Positions 36,401 through 48,400 of a stretch of DNA of 64,000 bases are shown in pieces. This DNA is from Amphiscolops sp. MND2022 (lineage: Eukaryota). Both the position numbers and the translations under genes were made by a program. Location: NCBI GenBank assembly GCA_964187785.1, contig OZ076409.1:24802001-24866000 (forward strand), read 5' to 3'. The notes under the pieces are model-generated. The model searched no databases and was not told where the DNA came from. It saw only the letters and a program-made list of their open reading frames with translations. How positions within the stretch are numbered: the stretch's first letter is position 1; every line of letters begins with the position of its first letter.

Positions 36401-39400
36401 TTTGTTTGCAGGATGTCCATATCCCCAATAAGTGGTCCCTTGGATTCTGCTCAGTCACGTTTCTCGTCAACTCCGTGATGGAAATTGAGTATTTCGCCTT
36501 GATGGCAACTTGAAATATGTCCACCCACTTGTCCCATTCCATCGTTGGTTTAGCATTGGCGTCGTGCCAGAAGTCAGGAAGTCCGACGAAGGAAGTCCCT
36601 CGGGATGTTGAGGAATTTGCTCCTGAATTCTCGGAAGATGTCCCTCGGAGCGTCATGTTGAAGGGAAACTTAATAAACTGAAATAGTCAATTGTGATAGT
36701 AGGTATAAACAAGGCAATTTTAGCAAATGAATGCTCACAACTGTTTTAACTTTAGACTTTTAGCAGGTATCTAATGAAGTATTCAAATGTTAATGTTGTT
36801 GTTTACAAATACTTCGTACTCTACCACAGTAAGCCTCCTTAATTATTGCGCTGATCCTTCCGGGCTCTTTCAACTTCCATGCAATATTAAACCACTGATT
36901 TGACACCTTTTTGCAGAGTTGAAACTTTTTGGGAGAGTTTTGCAGTGGTGAAAAGATAATCATGTTGTTTCTTTTGATTTTCATAGATGACAGAAATTCC
37001 AAATTATTTAAAATGGGGACACTCTAGATTCTTGTGGATGCTGTAGAACTCTGAACGTTCTGTTAACAATAATGATCAAATCTTCAATAAATAAAGCTTT
37101 CAGAGAGCGTCCGTGTGATAAATCTGGAAACTGATAGGAGGGTCCGGAGACGTTTTTGTGTAAACGAAAGAGCCGGTGATGAAAGCTCTATCTTGAAGCA
37201 AATCTTTCTTTTTATATTCATCCTCTCAGAAGCAGTTTCAAACAAACTATTTCAAAAGCTTTTTCCCAAGAACTGGACAACAAAGTGGAACTGTTTTGTC
37301 TACTCTAATTTTTTGTGTGCATCGTTGTCATGCCAGCATGATGGAAATATAATCTACTAATAATCTGTAATGTAAATATTATGTCTTATGTACTTAGATA
37401 TGGGCAATATGATGTCATATAATAAGAGCCATGGTTGTGAGCAACCCTACGTTACTTATACTTAATCCCCATTTCCCCCATGAGTTTGAGTTATATATAT
37501 TTACTTAATACTGAGCGCTCTAGTTCCGGTGTCCGCATAAATGATCTTGCTAAATAGTCTCGAATGTGCTATATTTCATAAATATTGGTTTGTCACGACA
37601 AGGGAGAGAAGTTTTTCGGGTCAAACTGGACCGAGAGATACAAGAGAGACGAAATGTTAACTTCTACTAGCTCCCCGCCTCAGGACTTGTAGTCGTGACA
37701 ACACTTTCATGAAGTTCATCGCTAGTCCATCAGCGGATTTAACGATGAACCCGAATTGACTGATAAATTCATTAGATCCATCAGCGGATTTAATTTGGAG
37801 CTATTTTGAATGAAGTTCATCGCAATTTCATCTCCGGAATTGCAGATGAACAACGATTGGGACGTTAAACTGACTTTTCACCACTAATCCATCAGCGGAT
37901 TTTATGGGACCTTATTTTAGTAATTTCATCTTAAATTCATCGTTGTATTTCATGTAAAGAAATTTCAATGTGCTTCTCATTTCTTAAAGGACAGTAGCAC
38001 ATCCCCTATTCATCTCTCACTAGCATAGAAGGGAAATGAGAAAGTACATCATTAATCCATCCTAAAAGAGAGTGAAAATGCTGGTTATCTGATTTGCTTA
38101 GTAAACCCATCCTTAAATCATCTTGATTTCGTTCGTGCTGAAAATTGACCATTTTAGTGGATGAGTTCATCCTAAACTCATCGCTAAATTGAATTGCCTT
38201 AGTATTCGGTGTTTTAACTGGTGAGTTCATCCTAAACTCATCGCCAATTTGTATTGCTTTGGTATTTGCTGTTTTAACTGACAAGTTCATCTTAAACCCA
38301 TCGCCAAAAATTCACTTGTGCTAGAATTAGCGTTTATCGACTGAATTCATCCCGAATTCACCGTCATTTTAATCTGTGCTAGAAATTGGCAAATTGTACG
38401 TGGAGTTCATCCTTTTATCATCGTCAGTTTAAATTGTGTTGATTTTCGAGCGAGAAAGACCACCATTCATCGCATTTTCATCCAGAGCTAAACTAGACTT
38501 GAAAATCAACAAATATTCTTACAAGTTCATCGCATTTCCATCTTCAATTTTTAAATCATTGGTTTTGGCGCTAGAATCAGCGGAAAACATCGTTTTCCCA
38601 TCCCGAATTGTGCTTTATCTTAAATTGACTTGAAATCAGTGCGTTATTGAATGATTTGAGCTCATTTTAGTTGTTATTGAAACCATGATGCTACGTGCAG
38701 GCAATTGCGACATTGTAAATTGATGACTAAACACCATTAACATATGTAGATGTACCATGATGCGTGGCCACTTTGCGGCAGTTCACAACACCGGTCACGT
38801 GACTTACCATTTTGACACCAGCTGGTAACAGCCAATGAGAGAAGGTTGGTAAGAGATTTAGCGTCTTACCAACCGAAAAGACACGTGAACTGCTGTATTT
38901 TGGACCGCCATTAGCGATTACTCAGACCGAATTGCGACAAGCTACCATCCAGTTGAATAGTTCACGCCAAAAATCTACTTAAAAATATATCTCTATTTCA
39001 TCTTCAGAAACTATAGAACGGAAACTGAGTAATTTCCTTGGTGCATCTACGACTGCGATGAAAATTGGATGAACTTTCCTAACTACCTTGCTAATTTCCT
39101 TCTTCTCACCTAACGACTTACTTGCTTGTACGACTTCATCTCTAAAACATCTCAGTTCAGATTAGTGAATTTGAGATCGAATAGCCATTTAAATCAGTAA
39201 AGTACATCGAAACAGCATCTCAGATAATCCAGTCTTCACTCATAATTCTTTTCTCTCGACTACATGAACCCAGATCAAGGTACCGAACTTAGAAGCGGTA
39301 GAGTCATAAATTCTTCGTCAGAAACATCTTCTCCGACAGATCCAAACATGGCTCAGGCAAACTCAAATGATTCTGACACCAACGACAATTCAGATATCTC

Positions 39401-42400
39401 TTCTCAATTATCTGAAATAAAAGAAAGTTATTAACGCCGAATTAACGAGTTACACCAGGAGTTTAGTCAACTGAAGGACTTAATGATGGCGATTGTAAGC
39501 AAGGACAATAACGAATCTCAGCCGTCTAGCTCAAAAGGTCCTTCAAAGCCGGCCCAACAGCATGGGCTCGACATGGTGACAGGAGTTACAGAAACCCGCT
39601 CCACCCGCCCGACATCAAGTTTCACAAACTTCAGACGATACCAAGAATATGACTCAGACGAAGAAGGCGATTCAACTCCCACAAGCAACGAAGAACGGCT
39701 GTTAAACGCCATCGAGACGATCCCGCAACGCATAAAGAGCACTACAACAAATACAAAACTACTGCAGACACACGTACCGAATTTCAGAGGACAGAAAGAC
39801 AAATTCGTCGAATTTGAACACCTTCTCCTCAACCACCTCAGCCCGTTAGCCAATAAAATAACTGAGGAGAACAAGCTTCATTTCTTTCAAAGCCTTTTGA
39901 GAGACGAAGCAATCGAGTATTGGCAATCGATCCAAATAACACCACTGACAACGCTGAAAGATGTGCTCGATCTCTTCAGAAAAGAATTCGCGAAAGAGGA
40001 CCTTAAAGAGGTAACGCGCTACAAATGGGATCAAGCCCGTTACGATCCCACAACGGAGACATTCAGCGACTTCCTCAAAAACTTGAAAAAGTTGGCGAAA
40101 CAAGCATTTGGGGATGACGCAGATAAAATCATCAAAATGTTCTTGTTCGGCAAACTTCCAGTCGAAATACAACAAGAACTTACAATGGCCAACAAGGAGG
40201 AGAGCTCACCAGAAGAAATCAAGACATACTTGATGAGGAAATACCAATACCAACAGTATGCAGCACCGCCCACGACAATTCAACCATTCAACGCAGTCAC
40301 CTCCTCTATTCCGACGAACAATGAAACAACCAAACCAACAACGACGACGACAACACAACCAACGGAAAGAAAACGATTCGAAGGACAATGCTTCTACTGC
40401 GGAAAGACAGGTCACCGCAAAACGGAATGTCGCGCCCGACAACGTGACGAAGCAAATGGCATCAAGAAAGAAGACGCAATTCCGATGAAGAAAGCAACCG
40501 ACCCAGACAAACCGAAGTACAATCCCAAGCTGGTTTGTCAGATTTGTGGATACACTGGCCACTCCGCAAGAGACTGCAGACGACGCATTCCCAAAGAAAG
40601 TAGCTCTGCATATGGCAAGATCCCTTATGCCACAAATTCACAAGACGACAATAAGGCTAGAAGACAGGACTTGAAACGACAACAAAGACCAATGAACCCG
40701 ATGCAAGCAGTTGCCGACGAAGAGGAACAGATAAGCTACTCTGATGAAGACATTAATCAGGGTTTTTGATTCAGCCACGATTTCCGCCCGCTAGAAATAC
40801 AACGCGCGACACACGACTTTCGACTCAACCGACTACACACAACCGTCCAATGAAGAAATGGCAGCCTTCACTGGACAAACGACCAAAAGCTGACGATGTC
40901 TATCAGCGAAGATTTTCCAACGATGAAAAAGCGATGGGAAATGCACGTCAACACAACGGCAGCCGCTTTTCCCCACTCGCTGAAATCAACGATGAACATG
41001 AGATGAACTGGCAACACAACACCATGAGGCAGGTGGATGAAGCCAAAGAGATGGCTACCAACCATCTTCACCACGACTCGACTTCTAACACAACAAACAA
41101 CAAACGGCTTAGTATTAGAAAACATGCAACGCAAAATAGTATTAACGATTCAAAAGCTAAAAAACATGCAACTAAAACAGAAATTCACGTTCTTAGTCCC
41201 ACTTTACATTTGAACAAGAAAGATGAAATGCTGTACGTCCCTCTTCAGTTTGACAAATACGAAAACCACGCACTGTTAGACACAAGCGCAATTCAAAGCG
41301 CAATGTCTGAAGCAGAATTGCGAAAAATAACAACGGCTCATCCAGAAGCCATCCTTCAAGAACTCCCCCCTCCGAATTTCAAAATTCAAATAGCAAACGG
41401 GAACTTATTCCCAGTGCGTAAGCAAGTCTTACTTAGATTTTACGTTGCTGGAAAAGTCTTTGAAGAAACGTTCCTAATCCTTCCAACAATGGGCACAATT
41501 TTAATTGGAATGTCATTCTTTGAAAAGTACTCAGTCAACTTAGACATAAAAAACCACCTTGTCCACTTCCCCAATCACATGATGTCCATGCAAGTTAGAC
41601 AGCAAAAGAACAAAAGATTCAAAACTGGTTTAATTGATTTGTGTTCCAGTACTAGAACAGTGATCCCTCCTCTCCATCAAGTGATGATACAGGTCCACAG
41701 TGACGCGGACATCTCACTTACAACTGGTACAGTTGAGGGCTCACCTGGATTCATGCGAAAGACGTGTTTGCTTGTTTCCCCAGCTTTGGTTGACCTAGAT
41801 GAGGGCAAGACGACAATCCAGGTCACCAACCCGAACAACCACACGTTCACACTTAATGCCAACACCACTCTGGCACACTTTCGCATACCGACACCACATC
41901 AGGCGGCAAACATCACACCCATGCCAGTCGAACACTTGAACTTGATCACCAAGTACCCAGATGAGGCGGAAGCGGTGATCAACCAACTGTTCGTGAACCC
42001 TGAAATGAAGTCAACTAAGTGGTACCCAACTCCCGAGACGTGCAGTGAGCCACACAAACTCAACGCAATTGAGCGACGAATCTATGATGAGATTATGGCA
42101 CTGCGAGAGCTCGAGAAGCTTGACCCGTCCCAATCCGATGAACAACGGATGAACTTCCTGAAGAACTTCAACTGGGACGACTCGCTTCTTACTCCGTCTC
42201 AACGGTTACAGGTAGAGGAGTTGCTGGTAAAGTACAACTCCATTTTTGCTAGACATCGTTTTGATATTGGTATGAATACTGATTTTAAAGTTAAGTTAAC
42301 ACCCCAACATGAAGAACCTGTTTATTCACAAAGTCTCCCTACTCCGACAAATTTGAAGACGATTTGCTCGTGGAGTTAGCCTTAATGCAAGAGTACGGGA

Positions 42401-45400
42401 TTATAACTACCTTGCCTCACAGCAAATACTCTTCTCCGATGTCTGCTCAACGTAAACCTAATGGTAAATTGAGGATTTTAGTTGACCTGAGAAGAATAAA
42501 CCATCTCATCAAAAACGATTACGGTGAGCACAACCATCCCGTAACAACAATTGCTGACGCTGCCCAACACATGGCCGGGAAAAAGTACTTCTGTAGACTT
42601 GATTGTTCCCAGGCCTACCATTGCATTCCAATGGCCGATGAGCAGTCTGTCCAACTGTTATCGTTTAATTTTGGTTCTAGAACTTTTGCCTTTTTACGTC
42701 TAGCACAGGGTCTTAATCGTTCTTTGTCAGCATTTACAAGTGTAGTTCGTGAGTATTTGGACCCCTTGGTCAAAGCAGACCGGTGTGCTCAATATGTTGA
42801 TGACATTGGAATTGCAGCACACACCCCTGACGAACTGATTAATAACCTTGAACTTGTTTTTCAGCAGTTGAACAAAGCTGGTCTTAAACTTAGCATGAGT
42901 AAATGTGAATTTGGACAAAAGCAAATTGAGTACTTGGGCAAAACTATTTCTAGCACCGGTATTGCTCCCATTGAAAAACGCGTAACAGACTACTTGACCA
43001 AGTTGAAACCCCCCAATTCAGTGAAAGCGTTGCAACGTTATCTTGGTTTTGTAAACTTTTACAGGTCTTATATTCCCCGCCTAGCTGATAAAACTTGTTG
43101 TTTACAGGAATTGATCAAGAAGGACGTCCCTTTCAAGCTGAGCCAACAACACAAAGATGCTATTTTTGAAATCAATGAAAGTTTGTTAAAAGCAACAAAA
43201 GTGTCTCTGAAATTGCCATTACCTGATAAACAATTGGTAATCATGTGTGACCCAGCGAACACGCTGCCGGCTATGTTTTGTTAATTGAGGATTACGCTGA
43301 CCCGTCAGTCAAACAAACATACGCCCCCGTTGCATTTGGCTCTAAGAAATTTCAGGGCGGCCAGATGTCTCTAACAATGTATGCCAAAAAGTTTTTAGCT
43401 ATGTACTTTGCCTTCGATGAATTTGGCCACATTTTGTGGGGTGCGAAAAAACCCATCATTGTTATGACTGACAATAAGGCCTTGACTAGATTTTTCCAGG
43501 CGAAGCATATCCCGCCTTCATTTTGGAATTTTTGCGATCAAACCCTTCAGTTCAATTTTTTATTAGCACATGTACCAGGAATTGAAAATCCCGCAGCGGA
43601 TTACTTATCTCGTTTTGAGATTAGACCTGAAGACCGTGTACATTTAAAATTGACTGATACTATTCCAATTCACAGAATCGAGTTCGACATCGCCTCCCGA
43701 ACACCAAAACAGGAAGAAGACGAGCCTGATTACTTTCCCACGAGCGAACCACTCAGATGCAAGCGCCAGAAGGTTGTCAAAGAGATGAACTTGGCACCTG
43801 GCACTGACGTGGCTCATGACGGTGGGAAAGGGATGAAGTTCACCAACTGTGAGAGAACAGCGGCCTCAGATGACTTCGCGACTGACAACCATCTGACGTA
43901 CCGCCTCACAGACGTGGACGAGCCGATTCAACTCTCGCAATTCATCCGTAAAGTATCATTATCACACCCGGTAATGAGTCAGGTTAGCCCCGCTGAGGGG
44001 ATCGATCTAATTCAGGTCCAGAAAACTAACTGGGTTATTCAAAAAATGATTAGATTTTTAGAAGGTACTGAAATTTTGCAACACCCAGTTAGTATGCAAG
44101 ATCAGTTTTTTCAAAAGTTGCACAAAAATCGAAAACGCCTAAAAGTTGTAAACGGTGTCTTGTACAGACAGTTTTTTGATCACACGGGACTGGAGTCTCA
44201 CAAGCAGTTAGTTGTTCCTGAAGACTGTATTTTGAAAATATTTAGGACTCTACATAACAGCTCGGTACAAAGACACCCTGGGTTAAAGAAAATGTTGTAC
44301 GAACTTCGTAAACGATATTACTCTCCTAACTTAGCCTGTAAAGTTCAAAAAGTCCTTGACGGATGTGAAAACTGCAGGAAATCTAAAAGTGTAAAAGAAA
44401 CGCAACTACGTCCACCGTTACAAAAAATCTACGACCCGTGCGACGGACCAGAAGACCTGTTGGAAATAGACATCGTTGGTCCACTCCCGGCGTCGAACAG
44501 TTTTACACACATTCTGACGGCTGTTGACGTTTTCTCACGCTACCTGTTCGCCGTTCCGCTGAAGAGACCTGATACACATTCCGTAGTCAGAGGATTACTG
44601 TCGATCTTCACGAAACACGCGTATGTTCCCAAGCACATTCTGACGGACAAGGGCACGGCGTTTACGGCTGAACTTCTGTCTGAAATCGCGAAAGCGGCTG
44701 ATATTCACATCTCCCATGCCACGATGAAGCACGCACAGACAATAGGCATGGTGGAGAGAACGCACGCGAAACTGAAAAAGATCCTTAAAATTAGTGTAAA
44801 CGCAGACAGACCACAATGGGACCGCTATGTCGACATAGCAATCATGGCCCATAACACAACTTACCACGACTCACTGAAATGATCACCAACTGAAATTTTC
44901 CATGGCAGAATACCGTACAACACACTAGACCTGCAATTCCGAAACGCAAACAAGCCGGCTGAAACAAAGTGCAAGGACGTGAATGAAATTCTAGACAAAA
45001 TGAACTTCATCTTCAGAGACAATCTAGACAACATCATCTGCGCCTATCACAAGTACAAAATGTACGATGATAGAAAAGCACGAGCACAGCCACTGAAGGT
45101 GAATGAATTTGTGTTCCTACTAGGTCCTAAGTACGACTCTCAGAGAAGCAAAGAAGAGTTTAAATCTTTCCATTGGAAAGGACCGTACAAGGTGATGAAA
45201 GTGCTATCCGATAGCAACTACATCTTCCGCAAAGTAGGCACACACTAGACTCAGTGCGTACACAGAATGCGAATGATGTTGTTCAAACCGGAATTTCCGA
45301 TTGATGACATCAACGTGTCCAAACATCTCTACCCAGACACTGAAAGGGTTGAAGACACGGACATTTTCGACTCGAATATTCCGACGACCGACGAAGTAGA

Positions 45401-48400
45401 TCAGAATGAGAATGACAATCTAGATCAAGACTTAGTCGAAGAAGAGCCTTCAGAAGAAATAGTTCCGCAGGTACAAGAACGACACAGTCCACAAGTAATT
45501 CCACCAGAAATAACCACGAGAATAGACTATCAGCAAGTAGAAACTGACCACAACAAATTTAGACCACCTACAGTTAGATTTGGAACGCAAGAGGAAATTA
45601 TTCTACCGCCCCCCCCGCGATGAAAGTAGGATAAGATTACCTCTGAGAGACGAACAACACGAAAATCAATCACAACAGACAAACACGCAAACTGAAGATG
45701 AGGAAAGGATGAGTTCTAGACCGTCTAGAAACAATCAGACTAGGTACAGGTTACGCGAGAACCCTACACCGAAAACATATCCTGATTTCCTCATTCATGA
45801 GATTACTGCAGCTAGAAACGCACTGAGAAAGACTAACAAAGTAGACGTAACGATTTAGCCACGAAAAACCACATTTCCAAACACACGATGAGTTACGGAT
45901 GAAAATTCACAAAAACGAGTCAATTACATGCAATTTCAACTTAAAACGAACATGAAGATGTAAAATAGATGAACAATCACTTAAAACTACATGAAATACG
46001 CAAAACAAAACGAAACACGATGTAAAACGGATGAAAAACGACCAAAAAACCAGAAAAACAACACATAAAATTTTGAGATGAAAAAAGGATGAAATCACAT
46101 GAAAATTTATCTCAGACACACGAGAGATGAAAAAGTGATGAACTTAGTCGAAAATTTGACCAATCAACATGCAATATTTACTAGCGATGCATTGGAGATG
46201 GAAAATGCATCATAATACAGGCTAGAGGATGAAATAGCGATGAACTCGATTCAATTATTCAGAACTTACATGAAAACAATTAATGATATGAATTTGTGAT
46301 GGAAACTACCATCAAATCGTGACCGACTTTATCGTTAGCCTGACACGATACTCTAGCTTCGCTGGAGGATGTCAAAACGATGAATTTAGTCTAAATGGAA
46401 GTTCGAAAATATTAAATGACTTACGAAAACCTCCTTGTGATGGGAAACACCATCCACAAAACATCACAATAAATCAGCTAATTCCCAAACAACATGTAAC
46501 TCCACGAAACGATAAAAAACAGCCGACTTTATTTCGAATCACGCAAATAGAATTATGTCAGACAAAAATGAAATGATCAATACATGTAAGCTTCAAAGAC
46601 CTGCCAAATCAATGACGTCACGAAAGAAATTGACAAATCTAAACTACATGCAATACAAATGAGCAACATACGCAAATATACATGTGCCGTTTAAAAATGA
46701 ACGAGATAATATATGCAATTCACACCAAAGCCATACAAACCTAGACGAAAAAAAATGAAACAAACAATCGAAAATACATGAAGCCTACTAATTTACATGT
46801 AAAATATAAGAACTGACGAAACATCCACAAAACGAATAAAGGAGTGAGCCCCCCCCCCCCCCCCAGTGAACATCAGTTCATAACATCATAACAAGCAAAA
46901 TACCCCTATCGAAAAGCCAAAAATGTTCCTTCGTGCTGGCTGGCATTTCTCTGAAAAGAGTGCTGGTTAGTTGAGGCGGGGAGCTCACAACCATATTCGG
47001 ATGAAGCTTGCTGCGTTGGTTATCCAGCGGCTAGTGGATTCTCAGTTAGTTTTGTAGGGGCTTTGTGACGACAAAGCCCTGTCCAAATGAACGAAAATAA
47101 AAACACCAAATTAAAATACATGAAACTAACACCGAACATATAACAACATGTCAATAATGGGGCAACCCATTTAAAGGAATACATTATGAAAACACGCGAA
47201 CATGAAACCACACAATATCACAAAATTTAAAAATTCGAAACATGCAAAGCCGTAGATGTCAATCACCCTGATTGATCAGATTAAACGTCAAATGGACAAA
47301 CCCATTTCGACGTCTGATGACAAACAACCGACCGTAAAAAATAACATGAAGACTATATATAGCTCAAAACTGAGAGATTTCATTCATCTGAAAGGAGCGG
47401 AGCAGCTCCACTCACCCAGCTCTGGATTGGTACCTCAAGTACCTTGCACGCCTACGGGGTACCAATACCATTGCTGAGTGAACATCTCTTCGACTGCCAC
47501 GCAAGCGGCGGTCACAAGAGTCCGGAAAATGATTCATGCAATGATGTTCAAACTATGACAAATCCGAAACGCAACGAAAATGAGTATAACACATGTACAC
47601 TAAAATTCATGCAATCTCGACAACCTGACAAACGATCAACACCATATAACACTAAAATACATGAAGAAAACACTCCGAAACCACCGCAAAGTTGATAAAA
47701 TACCCTCATCCACTATGAAAGACGCAATCCTCGATTACGTTATAGCAAAATAAACACGAAAACACGCAAAATAAATATTTTCCAAAATTACGATGAAAAG
47801 AAGATGAACTATGCAGCAAAATGAGCAAAAATTCGACAAGTCAAAACTTGCGATGCAAAAACGATGAACTACAGCAAATAACTCGCCAAAATGATAAAAT
47901 GAAAACGCAAGATGAAAAAACGATGATCTATGTAGAAAAACCACATGTAACAACATGCACTGATTCACATATAACGAGCGATGTAAAAAAGATGAGAAAA
48001 ACAGTTTTCGCGACATCGCTCGGCCGACTGAGGAAAACGTGATGAAAATGAGATGAAAAATCAAAACGAAGCACTGATTATCTAACTACACTTACACGAG
48101 ATGTAATAACGATGAACAACATGACAAAACTCTCCTACAAATTCTATCAACTGAAAAGTGATGTGAAAGCGATGACCAATGAAAACACAGAGCCGCCGAT
48201 TTGACGCAACCTACCAAATGAACTTAACCAGTGTGAAACTAATTGAACTCTACCTGCATTCCCACTCACTATTAACTCAAGAGAAAAACAATTTCGGGTG
48301 CCAAATATTTAACTTGCACATAGTACACTGCCGATTTTTCCGACGCAGCGCATTTCTTCTTCTCCTCTCATGTCACTTAATGCGACATATAAATTGGTCA

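Larger units (their letters stand above)
37326..39573 (+). repeat. 5' LTR of the giant gypsy element
   Basis: Direct repeat of 54219-56466 with about 23 substitutions counted by eye (~99% identity). Confidence 0.97.

Noticed and set aside
38006..38290. 20-aa repeat protein ORF in the LTR (and its copy at 54899-55183)
   Set aside because: By-product of the 60-bp period; the adjacent unit has several stops in the same frame.
38047..38602. CRISPR array
   Set aside because: Only two 4-bp half-sites are constant, there is no 25-40-bp repeat and no cas gene, and it lies in a eukaryotic LTR.
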